From NCBI GenBank assembly GCA_963767925.1, contig CAVYGB010000004.1, positions 32,001 to 96,000 of the forward strand: DNA of 64,000 nucleotides, given 5' to 3'. The notes beneath the pieces are model-generated. The model was not told the origin of the DNA and ran no database searches. It saw nothing but the letters and a program-made list of their open reading frames with translations. How positions within the stretch are numbered: position 1 is the stretch's first letter; each line of letters starts with the position of its first letter. A program made the translations under genes and the position numbers. Below are positions 47,730 to 57,869 of this stretch, one piece after another. The DNA comes from an uncultured delta proteobacterium. Its GTDB lineage: Bacteria > Myxococcota_A > Polyangia > Fen-1088.

Positions 47730-48620
47730 ATGATCGGAACCACCGGCCTGGCGACTCTCCTGGCGGCTCTGGGCACCCTGGTCACTCAGGTGACCGATCC
47801 GGGCGAGGCCTATCCACCCCACCGCATCGCCGACAACCTGTACTACGTCGGCTCGCGCACCCTCTCGACCTATCTCATCACCACCAGCAAGGGCCACATC
47901 CTCATCAACTCGAGCTTCGAGCGGACGGTGCCCATCATCCGGGCCAACGTCGAGAAGCTTGGGTTCGAGCTCGCGGACGTGAAGATCCTCCTCGCCAGCC
48001 ACGCCCACGACGATCACGTGGCGGGCCACGCCGCGCTGAAGGCCCTGACCGGCGCCTCGGTCCAGGTGATGCGGGGGGATGACCGGGTCATCGCCGGCGG
48101 CGGCGCCGGGCAATACCTCTACGACGGCCGCTGGCCGCCGACAAAGGTCGACCGGGTGCTGAAGGACGGCGACACCGTGAAGCTGGGCGAGGCCACCTTG
48201 ACCGCGCGCGTGACTCCGGGCCACACCCGCGGCTGCACCACCTGGACCCTCAAGGTGCGCGACGCCGGCAAGACCCTCGACGCCGTGATCATCGGCAGCC
48301 CCAACGTCAACGCCGGCTACCGCCTGGTCGACAACCCCGACTACCCCGAGATCGCCGCCGACTTCACCCGCACCTTCGAGGTGCTCAAAGCGCTCCCCTG
48401 CGACCTCTTCCTGGGCGCCCACGGCAAGTACTACGGGATGGAGGACAAGGTCACCCGCCTGGGCAAGGGCGGCGGCAACCCCTTCGTGGATCCACAGGGG
48501 TACAAGGCCTACGTCGCCGAGCGCGAACAAGCCTTCCGCGCCAACCTGAAGACCCAGCAGGAACAGCCCCGGGCCCCCGCCAGGCCGCCCGCGCCACCCG
48601 ATCCCCAGAAGAAGTCGTGA
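47730..48620 (+). CDS. Subclass B3 metallo-beta-lactamase
   Basis: NLYYVGS, YLITTSKGHILI, SHAHDDHVAG (HxHxDH), TPGHTRGCTTW, LPCDLFLGAH. Confidence 0.88.
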   Translation: MIGTTGLATLLAALGTLVTQVTDPGEAYPPHRIADNLYYVGSRTLSTYLITTSKGHILINSSFERTVPIIRANVEKLGFELADVKILLASHAHDDHVAGHAALKALTGASVQVMRGDDRVIAGGGAGQYLYDGRWPPTKVDRVLKDGDTVKLGEATLTARVTPGHTRGCTTWTLKVRDAGKTLDAVIIGSPNVNAGYRLVDNPDYPEIAADFTRTFEVLKALPCDLFLGAHGKYYGMEDKVTRLGKGGGNPFVDPQGYKAYVAEREQAFRANLKTQQEQPRAPARPPAPPDPQKKS

Positions 48621-49015
48621 CCCGCGGGCCCATGGCCAGGCAACGCTACCCGGGAAGCTGCCACTGCAGCGCCGTCCGCTTCGCCGTGCAGGGCGACCTC
48701 GCGGCCGCGACCCTGTGCAACTGCTCGATGTGCACGAAGAAGGGGTTCATCCACCTCATCGTCCCCGGTCCGGACTTCGAGCTGCTGTCCGGGCAGGAGG
48801 CGCTCGCCACCTACACCTTCAACACCGGGGTGGCCCGCCACCACTTCTGCAGCGTCTGCGGCAGCCACCCGTTTTACGTCCCCCGCTCCGACCCCGACAA
48901 GATCGACGTCAACGTCCGCTGTCTGGAGGGCGTCGACCTCGGCGCCCTGCAGTTGCCCACCTTCGACGGGCGCAACTGGGAGCAGGCCATCGCCGGCCCG
49001 CTGTCGTGGCGCTAA
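48617..49015 (+). CDS. GFA / CENP-V family zinc protein
   Basis: GSCHC, CNCSMC, HHFCSVCG, PRSDP..VNVRCL, FDGRNWE. Confidence 0.92.
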   Translation: MTRGPMARQRYPGSCHCSAVRFAVQGDLAAATLCNCSMCTKKGFIHLIVPGPDFELLSGQEALATYTFNTGVARHHFCSVCGSHPFYVPRSDPDKIDVNVRCLEGVDLGALQLPTFDGRNWEQAIAGPLSWR

Positions 49016-49082
49016 GAGCCAGCCGCTGAAACCTGTGGAGAATTTGCGCCGATGGGCGAAACGAGGTATCGAGGCCGGGACG

Positions 49083-49260
49083 CGTGCTCGTGGGCGTGTT
49101 CGAGCGCGTGTTCGTGTTCGAGTTCGTGTGGGGCGAGCGGTGAGCGGCCAGGCGGCTCTCGATGCGCGTAAATCACGCGAGCCGAGGCCCGCGGGCCGAA
49201 CACGCTCACCACACACGGACACGAACTCGAACACGCGCTCGCACACGAGCACGACCACGA
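49083..49260. repeat. Inverted arrays of degenerate hexamers (CGTGTT/AACACG-like) forming a long imperfect hairpin
   Basis: Left arm cgtgctcgtg...cgagcgcgtgttcgtgttcgagttcgtg pairs with right arm cacgaactcgaacacgcgctcgcacacgagcacg. Confidence 0.75.
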
Positions 49261-49275
49261 CAGCCGCGGCAGTCA

Positions 49276-49383
49276 TCAGGGTTGGTGGCGGTGCATGCCG
49301 GCGAGCCGTGTGAGCATCGCGCACAGCCGGTCGAGCAGAGACATCACCGCTTCGATCTCGGTATCGGGAGCAAGTCCCAGGTC
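49276..49383 (-). pseudogene. C-terminal remnant of a four-helix-bundle (23S rRNA IVS-protein-like) gene
   Basis: Reads DLGLAPDTEIEAVMSLLDRLCAMLTRLAG...; no plausible full-length start, truncated at a REP-like element. Confidence 0.5.
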
Positions 49384-49432
49384 GGGCCCGAGCGAAGCGA
49401 GGGAACCCGACTACTTCGAAAACAGTCCCTAG
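49378..49432 (-). repeat. Short palindromic repeat (REP/MITE-like), copy 2
   Basis: GTCGGG-cccgagcgaagcgagggaa-CCCGAC hairpin bounded by CTAG; similar to 8825-8880. Confidence 0.55.
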
Positions 49433-49459
49433 TCCCCTGGAAAGGTGATTTCTTGCCCG

Positions 49460-50821
49460 TCACATCCCGGGGGGCAGGGCCAGCACCATGATGACCGCGC
49501 ACATCTCGTTGCGGGTCCCCCAGCCGGGCAACACCGGCTCCGTGTCCTTCGAGGTGTCGTATTCGCAGGAGACCTCGAAGCGGGAGTCACCGGTCAGCGC
49601 GATCGGCTTCTCGTAGAAGTAGAACTTCTGCCAGTTGAAGTCCCAGCGATCGACGTTGGCCTGGCAGGCCAGCGGTCCCCCGTCTCGCCCGATGCTCATC
49701 CGTTGCTTGACCCCCCGCTCGTGCATGTGGGGCATCACGCCGACCAGATCCACGCCCGACGAGCCGGGGGCCATGCCCATCTGCGCGGCGGTCATGCTCC
49801 AGGTGTAGCTCGCCTTGCTCTGCCCGGGGGGCAGCGAGGCCGACGGGCCCTCGAACAGGGTGCCGAGGAACCCGTCGCCGGTCACGAACAGCGCGCGCCG
49901 GGCGACCGTGTCGGAGTGGCGCAGCCGCAAGGTGGTGCTGTCGGACGTCCCGACGGCGGCGCCGTGTCCGTGCCCGCCGTGGCCGGCGAGGTTGTAGTGC
50001 ATCTGCACCACCAGCTTGTGCTCGGGGCGGTGCTCGACGCCGAGGCCGCCGGGATAGCTGATGGCTCCCTGGCCAGGCGCCCAGATCACCGGCACCCCCT
50101 CGATCTCGACCCCCTCGCCGGCTGCCCCGAAGCAGGGCCAGCCCGGGCGATCCGGGTCGGTCTGGTCGAGCTCGGCCATCACCTCGGCGTTGCTCTTGCC
50201 CGATGGGGTCTTCTGCGCGGGATCGACGAGGAAGGCCACCAGGTGGTGGACCAGCGTGGGGTTGCCGGGGACGACGTCGTAGCCGGTGATGAAGGTGCGC
50301 CGCTCGAGGTTCGAGTCGAGGGGGAAGCAGCGGTATTCGTCGAACTCGGCGAGCTGGCCGCCCTCGGCCACCGGGACGATGGTCGGCGTCTTCCACTCCC
50401 GCGCCTCGCCGAGGCTGGCGAGCGGCGTGGGGGTGAGCGAGACCGGGGTGCCTTCCTTCTGACCGTCGCTGGCCCACTTCCAGATGGTGTCCTTCTCGGC
50501 CTGGGTCAGGGTGTCGTCGTCGTGGAACTCGCCGCAGGTCCCGTCGTGGGTCACGAGGTAAGGCGGCATGACGCCGGCCCGGGTGGCGGCGGCGGCTGGC
50601 AGCGCGTGGAGCCGGGCGTCCTCGAAGCGGTCGAGCCGGAAGGGCGCGATGCCCCCGGCCTGATGGCACTTCACGCACTTGTCGTTGAAGATGGGGGCGA
50701 CGTCGCCCCAGAAGGTCAGGGCCGAGCTGGTCGGCGCCGGATCGGGGGGCGGCTCGTCGTTGCAACCGGGCAGAGCAAGGAACGAAGCCAGCGCGAGGCT
50801 GGGGATGAGCGCGGTTTTCAT
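49460..50821 (-). CDS. Lipoprotein with c-type heme motif and copper type II (PHM/DBH-like) monooxygenase domain
   Basis: Lipobox LPGC; CVKCH; DEYRCF, LVHHL, VQMHY, MPHMH, WDFNWQ, NEMC. Confidence 0.82.
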   Translation of the reverse strand: MKTALIPSLALASFLALPGCNDEPPPDPAPTSSALTFWGDVAPIFNDKCVKCHQAGGIAPFRLDRFEDARLHALPAAAATRAGVMPPYLVTHDGTCGEFHDDDTLTQAEKDTIWKWASDGQKEGTPVSLTPTPLASLGEAREWKTPTIVPVAEGGQLAEFDEYRCFPLDSNLERRTFITGYDVVPGNPTLVHHLVAFLVDPAQKTPSGKSNAEVMAELDQTDPDRPGWPCFGAAGEGVEIEGVPVIWAPGQGAISYPGGLGVEHRPEHKLVVQMHYNLAGHGGHGHGAAVGTSDSTTLRLRHSDTVARRALFVTGDGFLGTLFEGPSASLPPGQSKASYTWSMTAAQMGMAPGSSGVDLVGVMPHMHERGVKQRMSIGRDGGPLACQANVDRWDFNWQKFYFYEKPIALTGDSRFEVSCEYDTSKDTEPVLPGWGTRNEMCAVIMVLALPPGM

Positions 50822-50995
50822 GGCGTGGTCCTTGGTGGAGGTTTGTCGATCGCTACTGTCCCTGGAAACACCGCGCCTGGCCCGGAGTGACACCAAGAAA
50901 AACGCCGCTCGCTGCGAGAGCGGCGGCGGGGATCACAGGGAGCACCTGGATCGCACGGACGGCGCGCGCCCCGACGGGGGCGGCCGTCCGGCGGC

Positions 50996-51766
50996 TCAGG
51001 GCGGGTCTTTGTGGACGGTGAGCGCGGAGAGGGACAGCCCCGGCGGCAAGGGGGGGCCCTTGCGCCGGAGGGCGGACACAACCTGGTCGGTGTCGAAGGG
51101 GGCGTCCGAGGTGACGAAGACGAAGCGCTCGAACCCGGGGGTGGCGTCCAGCTCGAAGGAACGCGACAGCGGGATCTCCTTGCCGGTCTGCAGGCGGGGG
51201 GCCGGGCCGGCCTCGCCCGGCAGGTGCAGGGTCACCGCATCCTTCGCGTCGATCGAGACGATCACGCCGTAGGGTTTGCCCGCCGCCACGTAGGTGACCT
51301 GCAGCAGGTCGCCCGGCCGGGCGCGGGCGCCGTCGGAGAGACGGGCGGCCCGCCGGTCCTGCTTGCGATACAGGGCCAGGCGCGGCTCCAGCCCCTTGGC
51401 GGTCGTCGTCTCGCGGGCGACATCCGCGGGCGCCGTCGGATCGGTGACGCCGGTGCCGGAGGTGCGGCCCATCGCGAACACGACCGCCAGACCGGCGGCG
51501 CCCAGCGCGAGGCCCGAGAAGATCGTCGAGCGCCAGGGGGCGGCGCGGGGCTGCTCCCGCCGGGCGCGCCGGTGCACCTCGGCGGCCACCTCCGCCGGGG
51601 GATGGGCCTCCAGGATCTCCCGATCCGAGCGCTCGAGCGCCTGCAGGCGCCCGCCCTCGCCCTGCGCTTCCAGGCGGGCGCGCAGGCGGGCGGCCTCGAC
51701 GCTGGGGAGCTCACCGCGGAGCAGCCGCTCGAGCAACCATTCGGGCACGGGGCGTTCCTCACCCAT
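50996..51766 (-). CDS. ActD-like membrane anti-sigma factor (DUF4384-like C-terminus)
   Basis: VPEWLLERLLRGEL, a TM helix, KG...GDLLQVTY, SID..VTLHLP, SFELDATPGFERF; overlaps the upstream ECF stop. Confidence 0.75.
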   Translation of the reverse strand: MGEERPVPEWLLERLLRGELPSVEAARLRARLEAQGEGGRLQALERSDREILEAHPPAEVAAEVHRRARREQPRAAPWRSTIFSGLALGAAGLAVVFAMGRTSGTGVTDPTAPADVARETTTAKGLEPRLALYRKQDRRAARLSDGARARPGDLLQVTYVAAGKPYGVIVSIDAKDAVTLHLPGEAGPAPRLQTGKEIPLSRSFELDATPGFERFVFVTSDAPFDTDQVVSALRRKGPPLPPGLSLSALTVHKDPP

Positions 51767-52271
51767 GAACCTCTCCTTTTTCGAGGGGCGTCGGTCCGGA
51801 CTGCGGCAGGCGCGCCTTGAGGGTGCGCAGCCGCTTGCGGACACCCGACACCGACAGGCCAACCTCGGCCGCCACCTCTTCCAGGGTCAGATTGTCCACG
51901 TAATGAAGCACCGCCATCAAGGCCGTCGATTCGGGGGCCGAGGCGAAGATGCGATCGAGCGCGCGCCGGGCCAGCGACCGCTCCTCGGCCGCCGTGGGGC
52001 TGCCCGCCGCGATGGCCAGCAGCAACGCGTCGCTGCGGTCCTCGGGGTGGCGGCGCTCGCTGCGCAGCCGGTTGAGGCAGACGTTGGTGGCGGTGCACAG
52101 CAGCAGCGCGGCCGGCGCCCGTTCATCCAGCGTCTCCCGGCGTTTCAGGATCTCCACGAACACGTCATGCATGGCGTCCAGAGCTTTCCCGTCGTCCCGC
52201 AGCATGCGGCGGCACCGACGCAACACCATCGGCCCGTGGGTCCGGTACAGGTTCTCGACGTCCACGGTCAT
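51759..52271 (-). CDS. ECF RNA polymerase sigma-70 factor
   Basis: LYRTHGPMVLRRCRRML, ATNVCLNRLR, LTLEEVAAEVGLSVSGVRKRL. Confidence 0.9.
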   Translation of the reverse strand: MTVDVENLYRTHGPMVLRRCRRMLRDDGKALDAMHDVFVEILKRRETLDERAPAALLLCTATNVCLNRLRSERRHPEDRSDALLLAIAAGSPTAAEERSLARRALDRIFASAPESTALMAVLHYVDNLTLEEVAAEVGLSVSGVRKRLRTLKARLPQSGPTPLEKGEVHG

Positions 52272-52383
52272 AGAGGAAACACCAGCCGCCGGAAAAAGTG
52301 TCACCTCGATTCGTGCCCCCGGCTCGACCGCGAACTCCAGGGGGCCCGGCGAGCCCCAGGGCTGATCCCCCGCCCACGGCGGA

Positions 52384-52547
52384 CCCCTCACCCCTCCCTC
52401 TCTCCGCTGCCGCGGGGCGAGGGCGAACGGGCAGCGGGTGAGCGAAAGTCTCGGGCGAGTCCGGGCTGGAATCGTGAAAATGATCGGCGCAGCCTGGCCA
52501 GTCGTTCGCCCTCGCCCCGCGCAGCGGGGAGAGGGAGGGGTGAGGGG
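52384..52547. repeat. Pair of inverted REP-like elements (REPIN-like)
   Basis: 52384-52429 CCCCTCACCCCTCCCTCTCTCCGCTGCCGCGGGGCGAGGGCGAACG is a near-perfect reverse complement of 52503-52547. Confidence 0.85.
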
Positions 52548-52579
52548 GCTCCGATCAACCGCTGGGGGTTCTCTAGCCG

Positions 52580-53960
<1,381 letters not shown>

Positions 53961-54121
53961 CCACTGAAATCGTAACCTTGCCGGATCGCTCCAGCAACGC
54001 CCACCCACTTCGTTAACCGGAGACTCTCCGGACTCCGGAGACCGGCTTACGCGAAGGCCCGCGCCGGCGCCGCCGCGCAGGACCTGTGCTTTCGGCGGGT
54101 TAGCCGGGAACGAGGGCGGGC

Positions 54122-54952
54122 ATGGGACTTGAAGTATCCGCTGGCGAGATGTTGACGAGAAATCGCGCGAACCTTCAGCTCCTGCTCGGTGCGGTGTGTG
54201 TCGTGGCCTTACCTGCTCCCATCCTGCTCGCCACCACGACCAAAGGTGCGGTCCTCCTCCGCAACCTCGTCCCGGCCGCGCCGCTGTTCATCGCGCCCAG
54301 CACGCCGCCCACCGTGCCCGTGCTGGGGACCTCACCCTCCGACGCCGGCTCGCGGCTGGCGCCGGCCCCCGAGGCGGGCGTCCAGATCCAGCCGCTGCCC
54401 ACCCGCGAGGTCGCGGTGAAGGTGGCCAACGTGAACACGGGCGAGACCGCCACCTTCGCCATCAACGCCGGCGGGCGCACCCGGGCCGAGGTGGCCGACG
54501 CCATCGAGCAGTTCTTCCGCTGCCGCCGCACCGGCCGCCACCGGCCCCTGGCCGACGGCGTGCTCGCCCTGCTGGCCGACGTGGCCAAGAACTGGCCGAA
54601 CAAGGTGATCGAGGTCGTGTCGGGCTACCGCGCGCCCCCCTTCGGCGCCCGCCACTCGCGCCACTTCGCCGGCCACGCCATCGACCTGCGCGTGCGCGGC
54701 GTGCGCACCGCCCGCGTGCGCGACTTCGTCTGGCGCGAGCACCGCGAGGTCGGCGTCGGCCACTACGCCGTCCAGGACTTCGTGCACATCGACTCGCGCC
54801 CGGGCCAGGCCGACGCCGCCTGGTCGGCCCCCCGCGAGGACAGCCCGCCTCAGTACGATCCCCGCTGGTCCAGGCGCGCCCGCCGCGTCTACCGCACCCC
54901 CGCTCTCGCCGGCGCCCTGGCCGCCCTCTCCCCCTCGGATCGCGCGCGCTGA
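54122..54952 (+). CDS. DUF882/YcbK peptidase M15 family protein
   Basis: VVSGYR, SRHFAGHAIDL, VGHY..FVHIDSR. Confidence 0.88.
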   Translation: MGLEVSAGEMLTRNRANLQLLLGAVCVVALPAPILLATTTKGAVLLRNLVPAAPLFIAPSTPPTVPVLGTSPSDAGSRLAPAPEAGVQIQPLPTREVAVKVANVNTGETATFAINAGGRTRAEVADAIEQFFRCRRTGRHRPLADGVLALLADVAKNWPNKVIEVVSGYRAPPFGARHSRHFAGHAIDLRVRGVRTARVRDFVWREHREVGVGHYAVQDFVHIDSRPGQADAAWSAPREDSPPQYDPRWSRRARRVYRTPALAGALAALSPSDRAR

Positions 54953-54956
54953 TACC

Positions 54957-55349
54957 TCAGTCGCTGCCGGCGTCGGGGGGCTGGTCGGAAAGCAGCAGGC
55001 AGCGCTGCTGGCGGCAGGCCACGGGCGGGGCGGCGATGCACTCGTAGGCGCAGGAGCGGCCGCCGCGCTGATACGCCTCGACCAGCGCGCGCGCCTTGGC
55101 CTCCACGTCGGCCTTGCGGTCGGCCCGGGCGGCCACGAAGCAGCCGAGCGGGCAGGCGGCGCTGACCAGGGCACACTCGTCGTCGCGCGTGCAGCTACTG
55201 GCGCTGTCGACGTACTCCTGGAACTCGCGCTTGATCTCCGCCTCCGACGGGATGATGCAGCCGGCGAGCAGCAGCCCCAGGAGCAAGGGCGCCGCCCGGC
55301 GCGCGAGCCCCGGCGGCACGACCGTGACAATCGGATCCGGAATCGGCAT
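54957..55349 (-). CDS. Small Cys-rich lipoprotein, hypothetical
   Basis: AAAGGA RBS; lipobox LLAGC; CTRDDEC..CPLGC..CAYEC..CRQQRC. Confidence 0.7.
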   Translation of the reverse strand: MPIPDPIVTVVPPGLARRAAPLLLGLLLAGCIIPSEAEIKREFQEYVDSASSCTRDDECALVSAACPLGCFVAARADRKADVEAKARALVEAYQRGGRSCAYECIAAPPVACRQQRCLLLSDQPPDAGSD

Positions 55350-55426
55350 CAACAACCGTCCTTTCTCTGCGACGAAGACCGGGACGGACACCTGGCCGTG
55401 CAAGACCGGTTCCAGGCGCGCGCCGG

Positions 55427-56344
55427 TCAAGCCGACTCCGAGGTGGGCGCGGCGGTGCGCTGCACCCGCAACATGAGCATCCCGGCCCCGGCGATGAGGA
55501 CGGCCCCGATGCAGGAGCCCAGGTCGGGGGCGTGCCCCAGGCGCACCCAATCGAACAGCATGGCGAAGGGGACGCTGCTGTAGACGAAGGCCCCCACCTG
55601 GGCCGCCGGGGCCTGGGCGTAGGCCCGGGTCATCGCGAACTGGGCCAGGGTGGCGCAGGCCCCCAGGAGCGCGAAGACCCCCAGCTCGGGCTTGCCCGGC
55701 GTGACCCACACGACGGCGGCGGGCACCGCCGAGACGAGGGTGGAGAAGAAGGAGAAGTAGAAGATGATCCGCGTGGTCGGCTCGGTGCTGGTGAGGCGGC
55801 GGATCCCGGTCTGGGCGATCGCCGCCATCAGGCCGGCGAGGAGGCCCACCAGCGCGGCCATCTGGAACAGCCCCCGCCCCGGCTCGATCACGAAGATCAC
55901 GCCGGCGAAGCCGAGCAGCAGCGGCCCCCACACCTTCCGGTCGACCTTCATCTTCAGCCACACCGCCTCGACCAGCGGCAGGAACAGCGGGACGGTGTAT
56001 TGCAGCAGCACGGCGTCGGCCAGCCGCAGCCGGTGGATGGCGTAGAAGAAGCAGTACATCGAGGACAGACCCGCCGCCGTCCGCCCCAGGTGCTCGCCGA
56101 TCCGCTCGCTGCGCAAGCCGCGCAGCCCGTGGCGCAGGGCCAGCGGGGCGATGAGGATCAGCGCCGTCGCGTTGCGGGCGAAGACCACGATGGCCCCTGG
56201 CAGCCGCTCCTCCGCCATCTGCACGAAGGTCGCCATCAACCCGAAGAAGAAGGACGCCGCCACCATCAGCAGCGCACCCAGCGGCAAGTTGTCAGGCGGT
56301 CTCCCGGCCACGGCAGCCCGGCACAGTAGCAGATCCGCCGTCAC
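55427..56344 (-). CDS. DMT/EamA family transporter
   Basis: About 10 TM helices in two repeats; LADAVLLQYTVPLF, GFAGV, RAYAQAPA. Confidence 0.9.
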   Translation of the reverse strand: MTADLLLCRAAVAGRPPDNLPLGALLMVAASFFFGLMATFVQMAEERLPGAIVVFARNATALILIAPLALRHGLRGLRSERIGEHLGRTAAGLSSMYCFFYAIHRLRLADAVLLQYTVPLFLPLVEAVWLKMKVDRKVWGPLLLGFAGVIFVIEPGRGLFQMAALVGLLAGLMAAIAQTGIRRLTSTEPTTRIIFYFSFFSTLVSAVPAAVVWVTPGKPELGVFALLGACATLAQFAMTRAYAQAPAAQVGAFVYSSVPFAMLFDWVRLGHAPDLGSCIGAVLIAGAGMLMLRVQRTAAPTSESA

Positions 56345-56386
56345 CCTTCTCTCGCTGGCCCGCTGGGGCGGCTAAAATGGCCGGCG

Positions 56387-56725
56387 ATGCAGTTCACGAA
56401 ACGCCTGCGGGAGGGCGTCCGCCGGGGCGAGATCACCTGCAGCGTGCGCATCTGGACCCGCCCCCACGTCAAGCTGGGCGGCCGCTATGCCGTGGAGGGC
56501 GGCCAGATCGAGGTGGACGCCATCTTGCCCATCACCCTCGCCGACATCACCCCCGAGCTGGCGCGCGCCTCCGGCTTCCAGGGCGTCGTCGACCTGCTGA
56601 AGATCGCCAAACACGGCAGCGGCCAGAACATCTACCTGGTCCGCTTTCACTTCCTGCCGGCCGCCTCCGCCGCCCGCCCGCCCCGCGCCTCCGGCCCAGC
56701 CCGCCCCCGCCGACGCCCGGCCTGA
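56387..56725 (+). CDS. ASCH/PUA-like domain protein
   Basis: GVRRGEITCSVRIW, ITPELARASGF, YLVRF. Confidence 0.7.
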   Translation: MQFTKRLREGVRRGEITCSVRIWTRPHVKLGGRYAVEGGQIEVDAILPITLADITPELARASGFQGVVDLLKIAKHGSGQNIYLVRFHFLPAASAARPPRASGPARPRRRPA

Positions 56726-56751
56726 CCGATCCTGGGCTATAAACGGGCCGC

Positions 56752-57186
56752 ATGAAGGGGCGCCCAGGGAAGAGCTCGACGTCGAGATCGGGAGGGGTGG
56801 AGGAGCATCGGCGGCGCGATGGCTCGCTCGAGAGCGTGGGACGCACCGTGGCCGGGGTGAAGGCGGGACCCTGGAAGTTCTTCCACCACGACGGCAAGAC
56901 GCTGAAGGCCGCCGGGAAGTTCGCCGGCGGCCTGTTCTCCGGGATGTGGCGCTGGTACGGCGCCAACGGCGACGTGCGCCAGGCCGGCGCCTTCGCGGAC
57001 GGCAAGCAGCACGGCCAGTGGAAGCGCTACTACGCCGGCACCCGCCAGCTCTGCGACGTGGGCCGCTACCACGCCGGCAAGCGCGCCGGCGTCTGGAAGT
57101 TCTACGACCGGGCCGGCAAGCTCAAGCGGCAGGAGACCTTCGCAGCGGCAAAGAAGCGGAGCCCGCCCACCCGCTCGAAGCGCTGA
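56752..57186 (+). CDS. MORN-variant repeat protein (YwqK-like)
   Basis: Repeats of G.W.(F/Y)..G....G.(F/Y)..G. Confidence 0.8.
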   Translation: MKGRPGKSSTSRSGGVEEHRRRDGSLESVGRTVAGVKAGPWKFFHHDGKTLKAAGKFAGGLFSGMWRWYGANGDVRQAGAFADGKQHGQWKRYYAGTRQLCDVGRYHAGKRAGVWKFYDRAGKLKRQETFAAAKKRSPPTRSKR

Positions 57187-57225
57187 CCGCCCAGCGAGCT
57201 CGATCCCCACACTTATCCGCGGTCC

Positions 57226-57285
57226 GGACCTCCCCCACCTCTCCCCACGGACGCAGACGGCCGCGGGGAGAGGGCAAACGGGCAG
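57226..57285 (+). repeat. Single REP-like palindrome between convergent genes
   Basis: GGACC..CCTCTCCCC..CCGCGGGGAGAGGGCAAACGGGCAG resembles 52381-52434. Confidence 0.55.
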
Positions 57286-57291
57286 GGCGGA

Positions 57292-57798
57292 TCAGACGCG
57301 GACCTTGGCGTTCCGCTCGTCGCCTTCCACGTCGGGGCGGGTGCCGGTGACGAAGGCCCTGGCGGCCTCGAACAGGTAGCCGAGACCCTTGCTGCCCTTG
57401 TTGTCCCAGTATTCGGCGGCGGTGGGGGTCACGGCGATGAGGGCGAGGTCGGGGTCCTGCTTGCCCTGGGGGAACCAGACCTTCCAGGAGTCCGACCAGA
57501 GCGCCTCGATGGTCGCCGCGTCCCGCACCACCCGGGCCATCCCACTTATCGAGACGAAGCGCCGCTTGTCCTGCATGGTCAGACCGACGTGCGGCTCGGC
57601 CTGCAGCTCGGCGATCTTCGGCGACGAGGCGCTGGTCGGGAAATACAGCACCCCGTCGTCCTTGCCGTGGGCCAGCGCCAGGGGGCGGCCCCGCAGCTCC
57701 CCCTCGGGCGTGCGGGTCACCAGCACGGCCGTGTCGAAGTCGGCGATCACCTCGCGCAGGTGGGCCCGCTTCTCTTGCTCGTTCAGCACTTCCTCCAT
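57292..57798 (-). CDS. Pyridoxamine 5'-phosphate oxidase-like / general stress protein 26
   Basis: GGAGG RBS; LRGRPL, LYFPT..SPK, FVSISG.A, WFPQGKQDP, AEYWD. Confidence 0.88.
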   Translation of the reverse strand: MEEVLNEQEKRAHLREVIADFDTAVLVTRTPEGELRGRPLALAHGKDDGVLYFPTSASSPKIAELQAEPHVGLTMQDKRRFVSISGMARVVRDAATIEALWSDSWKVWFPQGKQDPDLALIAVTPTAAEYWDNKGSKGLGYLFEAARAFVTGTRPDVEGDERNAKVRV

Positions 57799-57869
57799 GT
57801 CGCACCTCCCTGTTTCGGCTGGATCAGCTCGACCGGAAGGTGGGTCCGCCGGCGGCGGGCGGCCCGGGT

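Noticed and set aside
49083..49260. CRISPR array or real RTRTR/VRVRV-coding ORFs
   Set aside because: Degenerate hexamer runs without constant repeats and unique spacers; the peptides are repeat artefacts
56752..57186. Toxin-antitoxin pair based on the YwqK-like label
   Set aside because: Only MORN-type repeats are visible and no adjacent toxin is recognisable
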